Counted from the first letter of the whole stretch, positions 1 through 13,671 are shown. The stretch is 63,762 nucleotides of DNA, filler included, from Chiloscyllium plagiosum (GCF_004010195.1; 4 parts of one record of this genome joined end to end with filler, not necessarily neighbours in it); one strand, 5' to 3'. Notes: a model not told the origin generated them from the sequence alone. Translations and numbers: made by a program.

Positions 1-247
1 GGCGACTGACTGTGTGGAGTTTGCACATTCTCCCCGTGTCTGCGTGGGTTTCCTCCGGGTGCTCCGGTTTCCTCCCACAATCCAAAGATGTGCAGGTCAG
101 GTGAATTGGCCATGCTAAATTGCCTGTAGTGTTAGGTAATGGGTAAATGTACGAGTGTGGGTGGGTTGCGCTTCGGCGGGTCGGTGCGGACTTGTTGGGC
201 CGAATGGCCTGTTTCCACACTGTAACGTAATGTAATGTAATCTAATC
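1..247 (+). mobile_element. HE1-type tRNA-derived SINE, 5' end outside window
   Basis: Core TGTGTGGAGTTTGCACATTCTCCCCGTGTCTGCGTGGGTTTCCTCCGGGTGCTCCGGTTTCCTCCCACA, CR1-like tail GGGCCGAATGGCCTGTTTCC, (TAATG/TCTAA)n end; near-identical to copies at 14676 and 50177. Confidence 0.9.
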
Positions 248-1149
248 AAATGGTTGAGGGGTCAGCTGCGTGGAGAATGGGTGGGTGAAAGTCATTGAGG
301 GAAGATGCTGCATGCAATATTGTATTAGAGCAGTAGACCATGTGGGAGTTGGGTGCATTGGCAACATTTGAATGCAAGGTAGCAGATGGCAACATTTTCC
401 CTTTCAGAGTGCCAAAGATCATGAATCATCTTGAGGCATTTGTGCACATTTCTCTGGGCCATGGACACTGTACTGACCCGGGTGCCTACTTTAGACCTGG
501 ATGGAAGCTTTCGAAATGGTGCGCAGCTGGAGTTTAAATATTGTGCGGAGAGTGAGAGGTTGCCTCCATGTTGTACTTGTGCTTAGTGTTCGTAATTAAT
601 GAGGAGAGCACCATAAAATTGCTCAAACTGCTTCACGAAACTCCCTTGACAACAATTTTATGTAGCATGTGTAGCAGGAAAGGAAACAGATGGTTTAAAA
701 TTCTGTTTTACAAAGCTGAGTGGCTGTAAATACTTTAAACAACACACAAATGGTTTAAACTTGGTTTCACATCCTTAGCTGGGTTCAAAGTTTTTTATTG
801 TCTATTAATTATTTTTCAAATATAGTCAATATTACCATTCACAATTGATGTACATTGGCAGGAGTGTGTATCATATATGCTATGATCCTATTAACATTTA
901 AAGAAGAAATCTGAAAACCCAGCAATTAACTGTCAGAGCTGTGCTACGCTGGGGACACCCTCCACTGTCTAATGTGGTACTATCTGTGGGACAACTCCAG
1001 AATGGATCTAGCAGTTTATAACTGGGAACCCATGAAATGCCGACGGCCATCAGCAGATTTGTATTTCACGATAATCAGTAACTTTATGGCCCAGAATAAC
1101 CCTTCTAGCAGGCAAACAACAATGATTCAAAGACAGTGCATAACAGTAT

Positions 1150-1760
1150 AATTGAAAAAGCAACAGACATAGCAGAAAATTAGACACCAAGCTGCTGAAG
1201 CTATAACACAGAAACATATGCATGTTCAACAGCAAAAACTGCTTGTCATTGACAGAGTTAAGTGATTCAATAAATAATGGATCAGATCAATGCTCTTCAG
1301 TCCTGCTACATCCAGTCATAAATGGTAATGAACAGTGCAGCAACTCACAGTAAAAGAGGACCTCATAAACTTCCCTATCCTCTAAAATAACATAGCTCAG
1401 CATGCAATACAAAAGGCAGGATTAAAATGTTGACAACTAACTTAAATCAGAAGTACAAGGTGGATGATTCATCTCGGACTCTTCCTGTGTTGCCAGCATT
1501 CATTGTATTTAAAATTAAGAAACAGCTGAAAGCACTGGATACACTAAAGCTATGTACCCTGACAACGTCCCGGCTACGGTGCAATGGGTTCTAGGAGCTG
1601 GGTCTCCAGCTGGCCTGTTTCATCAGGTCCATCATACACCAGATTTTGTTGCACCTTTGATCCAAATATGGATACAAGAGCTAAATTATAAATGCATGGT
1701 AAAATTGAGGCAGTATTTGGTTGGGGTTAGCACTGAGGCACCCTTGTCAATTAACGCCAT
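1150..1760 (+). mobile_element. Heavily decayed non-LTR retrotransposon ORF2 fragment (CR1/L2/Jockey group)
   Basis: Collinear with the better-preserved copy at ~32590-34030 (e.g. GCACTGGATAC..AAAG.CTATG..CCCTGACAAC, CCTTG.TCCAAA.ATGGA). Confidence 0.6.
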
Positions 1761-1999
1761 TGGAACTTGGAGAAAAAAATCTTAATAGTCTGCTTCAGAA
1801 AATGGCCATGGTTTTTGCAAGCCAATGGTCAGACTATCACTATAAAAGTTTGCCATGCAAATGCCCCAGGCCCAAAAAATTCAACTGTTTCAGCAATGCC
1901 AGAGTCAGTGTTCTGCTTCACTTGAAATTTCTCAGATAATGAACAACTCCATGCCTTCAAATAGCACAAGGCCTGAACATCATCTCCAGGCCTTGGAGA

Positions 2000-2345
2000 C
2001 AGGGTGGGACAGGAAGAAACTGCTCCCCACGATGGGGGAAATCAATGACCGAGGAGCATAGATTTCAGGTAAGGAGCATAAAGTTTAGAAGAGATGTGAG
2101 GAAACACTTTGTCACCCAGAGGATGGCAGGAATCTGAAACTCACTGCCTGTATGAGTTAAGGCAGCAGAAATCCTGATAACATTTAAAAAGTATTTCCAT
2201 ACACACTTGCGATGTCATAACATAAAAGACCGTTGCCCAAGTGCTGGGAAATAATATTGGAATAATTAGGTGGGTTGTTTTTGACTAATGTGGATATGAT
2301 GGGCCAAAGGGCTTTTTTCTGTCTCCAGATCTCTTTGACTCTATG
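2000..2345 (+). mobile_element. CR1 LINE 3' end, degraded
   Basis: Degenerate RT C-terminal TRGH/FTQRV/WN region followed by GGGCCAAAGGGC and a (TGACTCTA)-like tail. Confidence 0.75.
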
Positions 2346-2829
2346 TTTTGGGCTAACAAATGTGAAGTGATAACATTGCCACATGAGTGCCAAGAAATGT
2401 CTATTTACAAGAGGAGATAACTTATTCATTACTCCATGATTTTCAATGGCATTAGTGTTACCAAATCTCCTCCATAACAGTCTTGAGGCTACCAATGACA
2501 GGAAACTCAATGGGTCAGCCACATCAATGCCATGACTACACAGCACATCAAAGACTGGACATCGTGCACAAGGAATTCATCTCCTCTTTATCCATTTCCA
2601 ACAAGACATAAGGCAGGAATGTGAAGAAACAGTCTCTATTCACAAAAATGGGTAGACCTGCAAGAACAATCAAGAAACTTAATACCATACACTTAATCAG
2701 CACACAATCCACTAATTTAACATCTACTTTCTGTATTTGTACCATGGCTACAATGTTCATCTATTGTACAGGAGTCGTCAAATCTGTAACTTCTACCAAC
2801 TCATTGGGAGAACAAAATAACAGGATATC

Positions 2830-4290
2830 ATTTAAGTGAAGACAAACTGCAGAAAGCTTTAACATAAAGGGACTTGAAGGTACTTGTGCACAAAACACAA
2901 AGCTAGGACACAGGTTCAGCAGGTAATCAAGAAGGCTTATAGAATGTTAGGCCTTATTTCAAGGGTGTTGGAGTAGAAGAGCAGGGAAATCTTACTGCAA
3001 TTGTACAACGTGCTGGTGAGGCCACATCTGGAGTACTGAGCACAGCCTTGGCCCTATTATTGAAGGAACAATATCATTTCATCAGAGACAGTTCAGAGAA
3101 GGTTCACTAGGATGATCCCAACTATGGAGGGATTGTCATATAGGCAAAGGCTAAACAGGTTGGGACTCTATTCAATGGAGCTTAGAAGACTGAAAAGTGA
3201 TCTCATTGAGACACAGTAATCTTAAAGGGCTTGACAGGGTAAATGTTGAGACCATGTTTCTCCTCATGGGAATGTCAAGAACCAGGAGGAATAGTCTCAG
3301 AATAAAGAGGTGCAGATGTAAGACTGAGATGAGATGGTATTTCTTCTCTCAAAGGGTTGAGAGTCATAGAGTCATAGAGATGTACAGCATGGAAACAGAC
3401 CCTTCGGTCCAACCCGTCCATGCCGACCAGATATCCCAACCCAATCTACTCCCACCTGCCAGCACCTGCCTATATCTCTCCAAACCCTTCCAACTGTCTT
3501 AATTTTAAATGTTGTAATTGTACAATCCTCCACCATTTTCTCTGGCAGCTCATTCCATACACGTACCATCCTCTGCGTAAAAAGGTTGCCCTTAGGTCTC
3601 TTTTATATCTTTCTACTCTCACCCTAAACCTATGCCCTCTAGTTCTGGACTCCCCCACCCCAGGGAAAAGACTTTGTCTATTTATCCTATCCATGCCCCT
3701 CATAATTTTGTAAACCTCTATAAGGTCAATCCTTGTAAATCTTTTCTGAACCCTTTCAAGTTTCACAACATCTTTCCGATAGAAAGGAGACCCGAACTGC
3801 ATGCAATATTCCAACAGTGGCCTAACCAATGTCCTGTACAGCCGCAACATGACCTCCCAGCTCCCGTACTCAATACTCTGACCAATAAAAAAAAGCACAC
3901 CAAACACCTTCTTCACTATCCTATCTACCTGCGACTCCACTTTCAAGGAGCTATGAACCTGCACTCCAAGGTCTCTTTCTTCAGGAACACTCCCGAGGAC
4001 CTTACCATTAAGTGTATAAGTCCTGCTAAGATTTGCTTTCCCAAAATGCAACACCTTGCACTTATCTGAATTAAACTCCATCTGCCACTTCTCGGCCCAT
4101 CTGATCAAGATCCTTGTCTTTGGCACTCATTGCCACAGAGAGCTATAGGGTCAGAGTGCTTGTGCATGTTTAGCAGATAGATTCTTGATAAGTCGGGGAA
4201 TCAAGGGTTACAGGGAAAGGATAGGAAAGTAGACATAGAAATGTTGGATCAGCCATGAGACAAAGCAGACTTGAGGGGCCTAATTCTATT
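2830..4290 (+). mobile_element. CR1 LINE RT C-terminal fragment, split by an opposite-strand CR1 (3361-4115)
   Basis: LVRPHLEY and VQRRFTRMIP motifs at 3010-3120, FFSQRV at 3340; resumes at ~4116 and runs to the 3' UTR. Confidence 0.8.
3361..4115 (-). mobile_element. CR1 LINE 3' fragment
   Basis: ORF 3470-4126 WAEKWQMEFNSDKCKVLHFG...LVRPLLEYC...LERVQKRFTR; (CTATGACT)n tail at 3361-3378; internal deletion joining RFTRI to DLIEVYK. Confidence 0.95.
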
Positions 4291-4304
4291 CCTATTTCCT
4301 ATGG

Positions 4305-4545
4305 TCTTCAGGAAGGAAACTGCACCCTTTACCTGGTCTGGCCTACACATGACACTAGACCCACAGCTGCCTCTTAACTAGCCTAGCAAGTCATTCTTCC
4401 ATCAAATGCTAGAAAGGCATAAAGGAATGAAACTAGACAAATCACCTGGCAGTGATTGAGAAAATGAAAATGGCAAATTCAGCCCTGTCAGCCCTGCAAA
4501 GTACACCTTACAAATATCTGAGGGCTCGTGCCAAAATTGGGAGAA
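4305..4545 (+). mobile_element. DeuSINE-like / LINE 5'-region repeat fragment; related copies at ~30750-30895, 32305-32460, 51000-51240, 60480-60900
   Basis: Shared motif AGGAAGGAAA(T)CTG..CC.T.ACCTGGTCTGGCCTACATGTGACTC.AGA.CCACA found five times in the window; family name is from recall. Confidence 0.6.
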
Positions 4546-6385
4546 CGATTTTGGTAATGAACCGGGACAAGTGATGGACTTGTTAGTGGGTGAACACTTT
4601 GGTGATGGTGACCACAATTCTTTGATTTTCACTTTGGTTATGGAGAGAGATAGGTGCGTGCAACAGTGTAGGTTTTACAATTGGGGGAAGGGTAATTACG
4701 ATGCTGTAAGACAGGATCTGAGGAGCATAAGTTGGGAGCATAGGCTGTCGGGGAAGGATGTCGTGGAAATGTGGAACTTTTTCAAGGAACAGATACAACG
4801 TGTCCTTGATATGTATGTACCTATCAGGCAGGAAAGAAATGGTCGTGTGAGGGAACCTTGGTGGACGAGGGAGGTTGAATGTCTTGTAAAGAGGAAGAAG
4901 GAGGCTTACATAAGGTTGAGGAAACAGGGTTCACACAGAGCAGTGGAGGGATACAGGATAGCCAGAAGGAACCTGAAGAAAGGGATTAGGAGAGCCAAGA
5001 GAGGGCAAGAAAAATCTTTGGCGGATAGGATCAAGGATAACCCCAAGGCATTTTATGCGTATATGAGAAANNNNNNNNNNNNNNNNNNNNNNNNNNNNNN
5101 NNNNNNNNNNNNNNNNNNNNNNNNNNNNNNNNNNNNNNNNNNNNNNNNNNNNNNNNNNNNNNNNNNNNNNNNNNNNNNNNNNNNNNNNNNNNNNNNNNNN
5201 NNNNNNNNNNNNNNNNNNNNNNNNNNNNNNNNNNNNNNNNNNNNNNNNNNNNNNNNNNNNNNNNNNNNNNNNNNNNNNNNNNNNNNNNNNNNNNNNNNNN
5301 NNNNNNNNNNNNNNNNNNNNNNNNNNNNNNNNNNNNNNNNNNNNNNNNNNNNNNNNNNNNNNNNNNNNNNNNNNNNNNNNNNNNNNNNNNNNNNNNNNNN
5401 NNNNNNNNNNNNNNNNNNNNNNNNNNNNNNNNNNNNNNNNNNNNNNNNNNNNNNNNNNNNNNNNNNNNNNNNNNNNNNNNNNNNNNNNNNNNNNNNNNNN
5501 NNNNNNNNNNNNNNNNNNNNNNNNNNNNNNNNNNNNNNNNNNNNNNNNNNNNNNNNNNNNNNNNNNNNNNNNNNNNNNNNNNNNNNNNNNNNNNNNNNNN
5601 NNNNNNNNNNNNNNNNNNNNNNNNNNNNNNNNNNNNNNNNNNNNNNNNNNNNNNNNNNNNNNNNNNNNNNNNNNNNNNNNNNNNNNNNNNNNNNNNNNNN
5701 NNNNNNNNNNNNNNNNNNNNNNNNNNNNNNNNNNNNNNNNNNNNNNNNNNNNNNNNNNNNNNNNNNNNNNNNNNNNNNNNNNNNNNNNNNNNNNNNNNNN
5801 NNNNNNNNNNNNNNNNNNNNNNNNNNNNNNNNNNNNNNNNNNNNNNNNNNNNNNNNNNNNNNNNNNNNNNNNNNNNNNNNNNNNNNNNNNNNNNNNNNNN
5901 NNNNNNNNNNNNNNNNNNNNNNNNNNNNNNNNNNNNNNNNNNNNNNNNNNNNNNNACATTTGGAGTACTGTGTGCTGTTCTGGTCGCCTCACTTTAGGAA
6001 AGATGTGGAAGTTTTGGAGAGGGTGCAGAGAAGATTTACCAGGATGTTGTCTGGAATGGAGAATAGGTCGTACGATGATAGGTTGAGAGTGCTAGGCCTT
6101 TTCTCGTTGGAACGGCGAAGGATGAGGGGTGACTTGATAGAGGTTTATAAGATGATCAGAGGAATAGATAGAGTAGGCAGTCAGAAACTTTTTCCCCGGG
6201 TACAACAGAGTGTTACAAGGGGACATAAATTTAAGATGAAGGGTGGAAGGTATAGGGGGGATGTCAGGGGTAGGTTCTTTACCCAGAGAGTGGTGGGGGC
6301 ATGGAATGCGCTGCCTGTGGGAGTGGCAGAGTCAGAATCATTGGCGACCTTTAAGCGGCAATTGGATAGGTACATGGATGAGTTC
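4546..6385 (+). mobile_element. CR1 LINE ORF2 (endonuclease end, linker, RT C-terminus) spanning an N gap
   Basis: GEHFGDGDHNS (APE SDH region) ... IKDNPKAFYAY, then HLEYCVLFWSPH...TRGHKFK...FFTQRVVGAWNALP after the gap. Confidence 0.92.
5071..5955. other. Assembly gap (N run)
   Basis: Run of N. Confidence 1.
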
Positions 6386-6387
6386 TT

Positions 6388-6895
6388 AAGGTAAACACGC
6401 ACTAAACAACCCCACTGTCCTGTGGCCGAATACTTCAACTCCCTCTCCCATTACGCCAAGGACATGTAAGTCCTGGGCCACCTCCACCGCCAGACTCTAG
6501 CCACCTGAAGTCTGGATGAAGAACACTTCATCTTCCACCTTGGGATCCTCCAACCACATGGTATCAATGTTCATTTCACCAGTTTCCTCAACCCCACCCT
6601 ATCCCAGATCCAACCCTCCAACTCAGCATAGCCCTCTTGATCTGTCCTACCTGTTCATCTTCTTTCCCACCTATCCATTCCTCCCTCTGCTCCGACCTAT
6701 CACAATCACGCCCCACCTCCATCTACCTAGTGCATTCCCAGTTACCTTCCCCCAAGTGCCAATCCCCTCCCATTTAGCTCTCAGCCCCGTTGGCCTCCCT
6801 GACATTCCCGATGAAGAGGTTACGCTCGAAATGTCAACTCTCCTGCTGCTCGGATGCTGCCTGACCGGCTGTGCTTTACCAGCACCACACCCTTT
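6388..6895 (+). mobile_element. Penelope-like element 3' fragment with degenerate hammerhead motif
   Basis: Homologous to the reverse complement of 41165-41640; CCGATGA-A-GAG-GTTACG-CTC-GAAATGTC at 6808-6835. Confidence 0.8.
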
Positions 6896-6973
6896 ATAGC
6901 ACACATTATTTAACCATCATCATCAATCCAGAGATGAGTTCAGGTTCATGAAAACATCAAAAGAACATGCCAG

Positions 6974-7596
6974 TATTATGGACCAGGCCAGACCCCCTCA
7001 AAATATTTCCAGAATGTAGCCCCAACCCTAACTTTGCTCATTGTTTTAAGCAGGTGTAAACTGGATATTCCAGGAGTGATACAGCTGGTTCAACCAATTA
7101 GTTTTAAGCAAAACAGAATTCATTTGCGTGATCACCAAATGAACCACAAACAAAACAGAACAGAATGTAGAATAACTTAACCTATCTGAAAAGCCGACAG
7201 AGTATCCCAACTTAATGACGCTGTTCCAAATACTTGCAACAATCCCCATAAGCACCCCTTTGCAAAAGAAAGGAAAAATCCAACACAGGTTCTTACAAGT
7301 GAGATGTCAGAGAGAGAATCAGCTTCTTTCGGTCCAGCAGCTTCACAACTGACTGCTTGTCAAAACTAAACCAAACCAGCGAAAAGCTAAGCTGGGAGAA
7401 TTGGCCATCCCCTTTCATTCTGCGAGTGTTTTTTTTAAACTTAAAAGCCTTTTGCCCGAGGCAGTATATGTTAGTTATAATCAAATTGGACCTAAAATCC
7501 ATCCAAGACAGACCTCTCGGTAACTCTTCATTTATGATCCCTTTGAAAAAAAAGCCAAGGACATCATAACCTTGTTGAAGGAGCAGCATCATCACT
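6974..7596. mobile_element. Putative solo LTR (~620 bp)
   Basis: Termini TATTATG...CATCACT (one change each from TG...CA), flanked by direct repeat CCAG (6970-6973 / 7597-7600). Confidence 0.45.
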
Positions 7597-7799
7597 CCAG
7601 GTGCAGCAGCTTGTATGCCTAAAAATGAAATGTCAATCTAGTGAAGCTACGAAACAGAACTGCTCATGTGCCTATCTATGTAGGTAGTAAGTAATAGCTA
7701 AGGCTTAGCTATTCAAAACCTAAAGATCTAAGCTCTAAACTTCTGCCATATCTAGTCATGAATAGATGTGGGCAATTAGACAAGTCACTGGTGCAAGAA

Positions 7800-7914
7800 G
7801 GTCCACAGACATGGAGAGAATGTGCAAACTCCACACAGACAGTCGCCTGAGGTTGGAATCAAATCTGGATCCCTGGTGCTGTGAGGTAGCAGTGCTAACC
7901 ACTGAGCCACCATG
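7800..7914 (-). mobile_element. HE1-type SINE 5' fragment
   Basis: Reverse complement of the SINE head (GGTGGCTCAGTGGTTAGCACTGCT...TGTGTGGAGTTTGCACATTCTC). Confidence 0.85.
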
Positions 7915-10254
7915 CATATTTATGTTAGATTCAGGAGGAGGAGAAAACAGACATTATCAATACACAGAGAGATGCAGAGGCTGATTATATTTTAATTGGG
8001 GTGAAAGGAGATAAACAAAATAATATGATCGGCTTGGCTTGAACCTATTCAAGTACAGAAACCTGTTTAAGCTCTGAAATGCCAATTTCTTCAGATTTTA
8101 ATATCGGAAATAAATAATCAGTTCAGTAAATTCTTTTGTTTGGAGAAGTGGAGGAGCTGGACAGCTAAGAGTTTAAAAGCTCATTTAATTTGCTCCAAGA
8201 TGTGAAGGAAGGTGTCTCTTAACAGAAGTTGAAGGATGAAATCTTAAGCATTCCAGAAAGAAGACCAAGACTTTGCCTGATTATTATCTCTTTGCATAGA
8301 ACTGCCACTCATTTTCCTTTCTTCTCACTGTGCTGCCATATCCAGGGATTTTGTTTATTCAAAAGATGAGGACCACATGGATCTGTTACATACTCCAGAG
8401 CAAAGGCAGCAAATATTTCAGTATGGAGACATGCAGAGTTTGTGTTGTTGCACCGAGAAAGGAAATTGTACTCTCAAACTTTCACGTATGTGGCCCATGG
8501 GCATCACATAAAACAAACAAATGAAATGTTCCAAAACAAAAATGTGTGTTTCACACTCTCCTCCTTGCACAATGAAAACATCTGACACAGTTTACGCATA
8601 CAGTTTAAGTACAAAATTTAGTTGCTCTTTGTTCAAATCACACTAGAATTATTCTTGGACTATACTCATTTCTCCTAAGAGCATACATAAACTAAGATCA
8701 TACAATAATCACTTGAAACTACACGTTGCTGTTGGAACCTGGATTCAAAACTTCACATTAAAGAATGGCAATAATCATGCTTCAGATATCAAATTGTAAA
8801 TGCAACTTTAGACTTTAGTGTGTCAGATCTATCTTGCTGAACCTTCTGTTAAAAAAAAGCCCAGTGACTGTCCTTAAATTGGCAAATTTAAAACCATTTG
8901 CAAAGCCCTGGCAACACATATAAATGAAACATAACAATTTAAAGAGGTCGGATAATGAAAGTATGGGAATATAAATAGACTTATGAAGATGTTTATTTAA
9001 ATCTTTGCTGGCTCAAAGAAAATTACATTTTCTTTCAACATTTTCTGATCATCTCACATGGGATGAAGCAATTCAAACATTGGCTGATTGACAAACATAA
9101 TTTGGCAAATCTTATTCGAAATTATGGTTAATTTACTTCCATGCCAATGTGTCATGTGAGAAAAGAGCAGCAACAACTGTTACTTTATTTAATGCATCTA
9201 CTGTATCCCTACGTATAATGAATGGGGCAGGGACTGTTAAACAAAAGACTAAATTTAGTTCTTCAGTACAACATGGCTAGATGCATTCAAAGCTCATCAT
9301 GGAATAATTTTAAAAAACTTCATGCTTTAAAGGACAGTCAGTTGCACTGACTGCAGTATGAAGGGGGAAGTGAAATTGAATCACAGATGAATAGCAGGTA
9401 AACAGCACAAGCAGCAATCAGTCAAACCATGCTTTACTGGCAACATTTCAACTAGATTTCATTTATAAATTTTAAGGCAAGAAATATACAAAAGGGTATG
9501 CTGTGAACAAAATCCACAGATAGATTGTATGGCACTGAAATAAATGTTTCCAGATGGATCCTGACAAAAATAGGCATTCATATAAGAAAATGTTAGCTTC
9601 CATAAATCTGTGGCAGAAGTGAGGCCATTTTTTTCCTCTTAATTATTCAATTTCTCTTCCATAACATACAAAATTCTTTAAGTGATAATACGGGTAAAAA
9701 TGTAGAAATCTAGATAATCAAGATTCATGTTGGCTGGGAAACGGCACATATACATTTATTTCATAGAATAACAATAACAGTTATAATTTGAAAATGACAG
9801 ACATGTTCTTCAGATGAAGTTTATATGGCTGAAAGAACATAATCCTATTTATGCTCATGTTAAAAGGGCCGATCAAATCTTTTAATTTTATCTTTGCTCT
9901 CAAATGGTGGAACATCAGAAAATGGGTGATTCTCAAAACTTTACTTGCGGACACCAGGTGTGGGAAGAAATCTTAAGTGTACCAGAAATTACAATGAGAC
10001 TCCTCCTGATTATTACCCCTTTATATAGAACTGACACTATTAATTTCCCTTTCTCCCTATGTTGTCACATCTAGGGATAATCCATAAAATCTATGAGACC
10101 TGCAATGGAGTAAGGAGGTCTAGATCAACTTTAGGTAGTAAAATCCTACTACACTGCAACGCAGAGAATTGGTTATGCAGGGAAACAAAGTAAGGAATTT
10201 GTACCTGATCTTTGTATCACTAGTTGGTTGTGAGCTGGAGTACTGAGTCAACTC

Positions 10255-10660
10255 TGAACAACAACTTGCATTTGTACAGAACCATCAATATTGTAAAACA
10301 TTCCAACGTACATCACAGCAGCACTTCGGAATATATTTTGACTTAGATTCAGGTATATTAAGGTAGATGATAAAAGCTCATTCAAGGAGACAGGTTTCAA
10401 GAAGTGCCTTAAATGACAACAGATATAGAGATGAAGAGGTTTTGGTACGGAACTGCAGAGATAAACCCCCAGTGGTTTAAGTAAAGCTTACTAATGGTGG
10501 AGAAATTAAAACCAAAGATGTGTAAGAGGTCAAAATTAAAGGACTGTTGTCATTTCAGAGGGTCTAGAGCTGGTTAAGGTCACAGAGACATGGAGTAGCA
10601 CTAGCACGGAAAGACTTAAAGCATGAAAATGTTTAAACTGACACATTGCTTAAATTGGAG
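10255..10660 (-). mobile_element. Ancient L2-like LINE 3' end
   Basis: AACAACAACTTGCATTT...GTAAAACATTCCAA motif resembling reverse-complemented L2/MIR-type tails; highly diverged. Confidence 0.5.
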
Positions 10661-10664
10661 TCAT

Positions 10665-11023
10665 AGATTCATAGCATCCCTACAGTGTGGAAGCAGGCCA
10701 TTTACCCCATCGAGTCCCTACCGACCCTCGGAAGATAACCCACCCAAAATAACCTCCCTACTCTAATTCTATCACCTTGCATTTCGTATGGCTAATCCAC
10801 CAGTCCACACATCCCTGGACACAATGGGCAATTTCGGATAGCCAGTCCAGATAACCTGCACATCTTTGGACTATGGGAGGAAAACAGAGCACCTGGGGAA
10901 AACCCATACAGACACAGGGACAGTGTGCAAACTCCACACCAACAGTCGCTCAAGGCTTGAATTGAACCTGGGTCCTTGGCGCAATGAGGAGACAATGTCA
11001 ACCACTGAGCCACTCTGCCGCCT
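10665..11023 (-). mobile_element. HE1-type SINE, full length, older
   Basis: Reverse complement head GGCGGCAGAGTGGCTCAGTGG, core, and CR1-like tail. Confidence 0.88.
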
Positions 11024-11034
11024 TATGTCAGTGT

Positions 11035-11990
11035 AAGAACCTAAATAAACAGGAGCAGAAGTAGGGCGTTTGACTCATTGAGTCTGTTTCTCTATTTAAG
11101 GAGATCACGTTTAAGCTGGTAATCCTTAATTTTCCTGCTTTTTCCCCATAACATCTTGAGTCCCTTACTGATTAAAAATATGCTTCATCCTTCATGAAGC
11201 CACGTTAACTCTGTTTGATTAGATTATGTATTTCCAAATGCTCTGCTATTACATCTTATTATAATGGACTCAACCATTTTCCCAATGATAGATGTCAAGT
11301 TACATTTTTTTTTGTCTCCTCTTCTTGAATAGGGCAGTACATGGTGGTTTTCCAATTCCTGAAGATACTCTACAATCTAAAAATTCTTGGAACATTATTA
11401 CCAGTGCATTCACTATCTCTGAAGCTACTTCTTTTAATAGCCTAAGATATTTACGCTCAGGTCCAGTAGACTTACTGGTCTTCAGCTACATTAGTTTCCC
11501 TAGCACTTTCTCTCTCGGGATAGTTGTTGTATTTATTTTCTCTTCCTTCCTTTGCCCCATGATTGTTTAGTATTTTTGGAATCCTATTAGTGTTGTCTAC
11601 GATGAGGGTTGATGCGAAGCATTTATTCTATTTCTGTTATTTTCTTGTTCCCCATTATTAATTCCCCAGCCTCATTCTCTAAGAGACTTGTATTCACTTT
11701 TGCTTTTCTTTTCCTAATTATACGTTTAAAGATCACCCTGTTGTTTGTATTTATTTAATTGCTCATTTACTGTCAAATTTAGTTTTTTTGTTTTTTCCCT
11801 TTTTCTTATTTTTCATCATTTTTTGTTGGCTTTCAAAACTTTTCCAATCCTCTGGTTTACCACTAATCTTTGCCATATTGTCTGTATTTCTCTTCAATTG
11901 ATACTATCCTTCACTTCCTTGGTTAACTATGGTTGGCTTATCTCCTTCCTACAATCCTTCTTCACCGGGCTTTATTTTCTTTTGAGTCAT
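11035..11990 (-). mobile_element. Degraded CR1 LINE fragments
   Basis: 3' tail TAAATAAACAGGAGCAGAAGTAGG and internal segments collinear with the CR1 at 17030-19200. Confidence 0.75.
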
Positions 11991-12044
11991 GAACTGCGAA
12001 TACATGGATGATGAAAAGCACTCAGTGCCAGTTAGGATTAGCTC

Positions 12045-12480
12045 TTGTACAGAGTGCAGAGGAGATTTACTTGGATTACACCAGGGATGAGGAACTTCAG
12101 TTATCTTGAAAATCTAAAGCCGTTGGAATTTCTCTCTTTACAGCAGAGAAAGTTAAGGGATTTTATTGATATATTCGAAATAATGGACGATTTTGTTTCA
12201 GTAAAGAAAGAGGATCTTTGCACTTACATGACGGTCAGAAACCAGAGAAAATAATTAAAGAAAGAAGCTTAGACTCTTACACTGAGAGTTCTGCTTGTCA
12301 GACATGCCCGGAAAAGCAGTAAAAACAGTTTCAACAGCAACTTTCAAAGAGGAATTGGGTCTATATTTGATACGAAACCATTTACAAGCCTCTGGGGTAA
12401 CAGCAGCGGAGTGGGAATAATTCAATAGCTCACAAAGAGCTATAAATTCCAGAAGGTCCAGCAGATCCTTCCAATTGAGC
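12045..12480 (+). mobile_element. Degraded CR1 LINE 3' end
   Basis: RVQRRFTWITPGMRNFSYLENL...LRDFIDIFEIM. Confidence 0.8.
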
Positions 12481-13478
12481 ACTTCCAATTTTGAGGGCGG
12501 CTCAATTGAAGCATTCCTAGTTGATACAGAATCATTACTGCCTTAGAGAAAAAACATAAATAATATCATGACAACATTTTGGAGGTCAAGCAACATCTGT
12601 AAAGATCATTTGCCCAAAAGCAAATCACTGCTGGCATTGCTTACATTTGATAATTAGAAACTATGCAAGACCAAACAATGCATGCCAACAAACCAATACA
12701 AGTCTTGAAATCCAGAATTCTTTCTTGAAAAATTACAATGGATGGTGAGCATTGCTCCGGCAAAACATCGCACATTTATCTTAGTGTGGAATTTTACAGT
12801 ACAATGTCTGCACTCACTTTGCATAAAATGGACATGGTTGCATGGATCTTAGAAAAAAGATATTTTCTCTGATATCCTGCTGAATTACCCCCTAAATCCT
12901 CACTCCAGGATTCATAATAGGTACCCAGAATGAAATGGTCCAGAATCAGAAATAAAATCTAGTACAAAAAAGTATTGCTACATTTTTCTGACCCATAATT
13001 GTCTGGTATGTTTGGATTGACTACTCCCCGATGCAAAAATGTTCCTGGGATTGATTGCTTGCAATACGACCCTCAATGCTGTGTGAACTTCAGTCCAAAG
13101 AGCTTAAGAGTATGAAATGTGCAGTTTTGACAGGTGCTGTTGTACAACACAACTTTCTAAATTGGGACAATGGTGTATCACAATGTATTGAGCAGCCACA
13201 ATGGTCTCTATTGCACTCTGCACCAGATTACTCTTCTACAAACTACTGCAAAGAATATTTGACTAATAAAGACTGCTACATGCCAACAAAGGTTCTAGCA
13301 TATAGAACAGCTATTGTCACTACACTGCCTGTATTGCAGCAAGAACTGAATTATGCATCAGCAACACACAAGAGTGTGATGGAAATTCTACCGCCACTGC
13401 ATTCTCTGAATTCAATAGGCCTATTCCAATTTCAGTCCATAATCAAAAAATACAGAAAATTTAAAAAAAGGTCTTTAC

Positions 13479-13563
13479 CAGGGTCTCTCTGTACTGGTCA
13501 ATAACTTTGATTTGTCTGACACCGACTGTCAACCTAAACTCCCCGCAGGCAGGCTGAAGTTTT
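13479..13563 (-). CDS. Candidate internal host exon (85 nt): KLQPACGEFRLTVGVRQIKVIDQYRETL
   Basis: Acceptor CTGCTTGCAG, donor CTG|GTAAAG, only one open frame, non-repetitive context; gene not recognised. Confidence 0.35.
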
Positions 13564-13671
13564 CTGCAAGCAGTTGCAAGTGAACTAGCACATTACACAC
13601 TTCGGTGCTGGAGCACAATCTTGCCAAATTAAACAGTATGCCGTCAGCTTTGACATTATCAGTTGACTTAC

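Noticed and set aside
4571..6394. Long ORFs containing X (also 26726-27455, 38503-38850, 59220-59597)
   Set aside because: Length is an artefact of translating N gaps.
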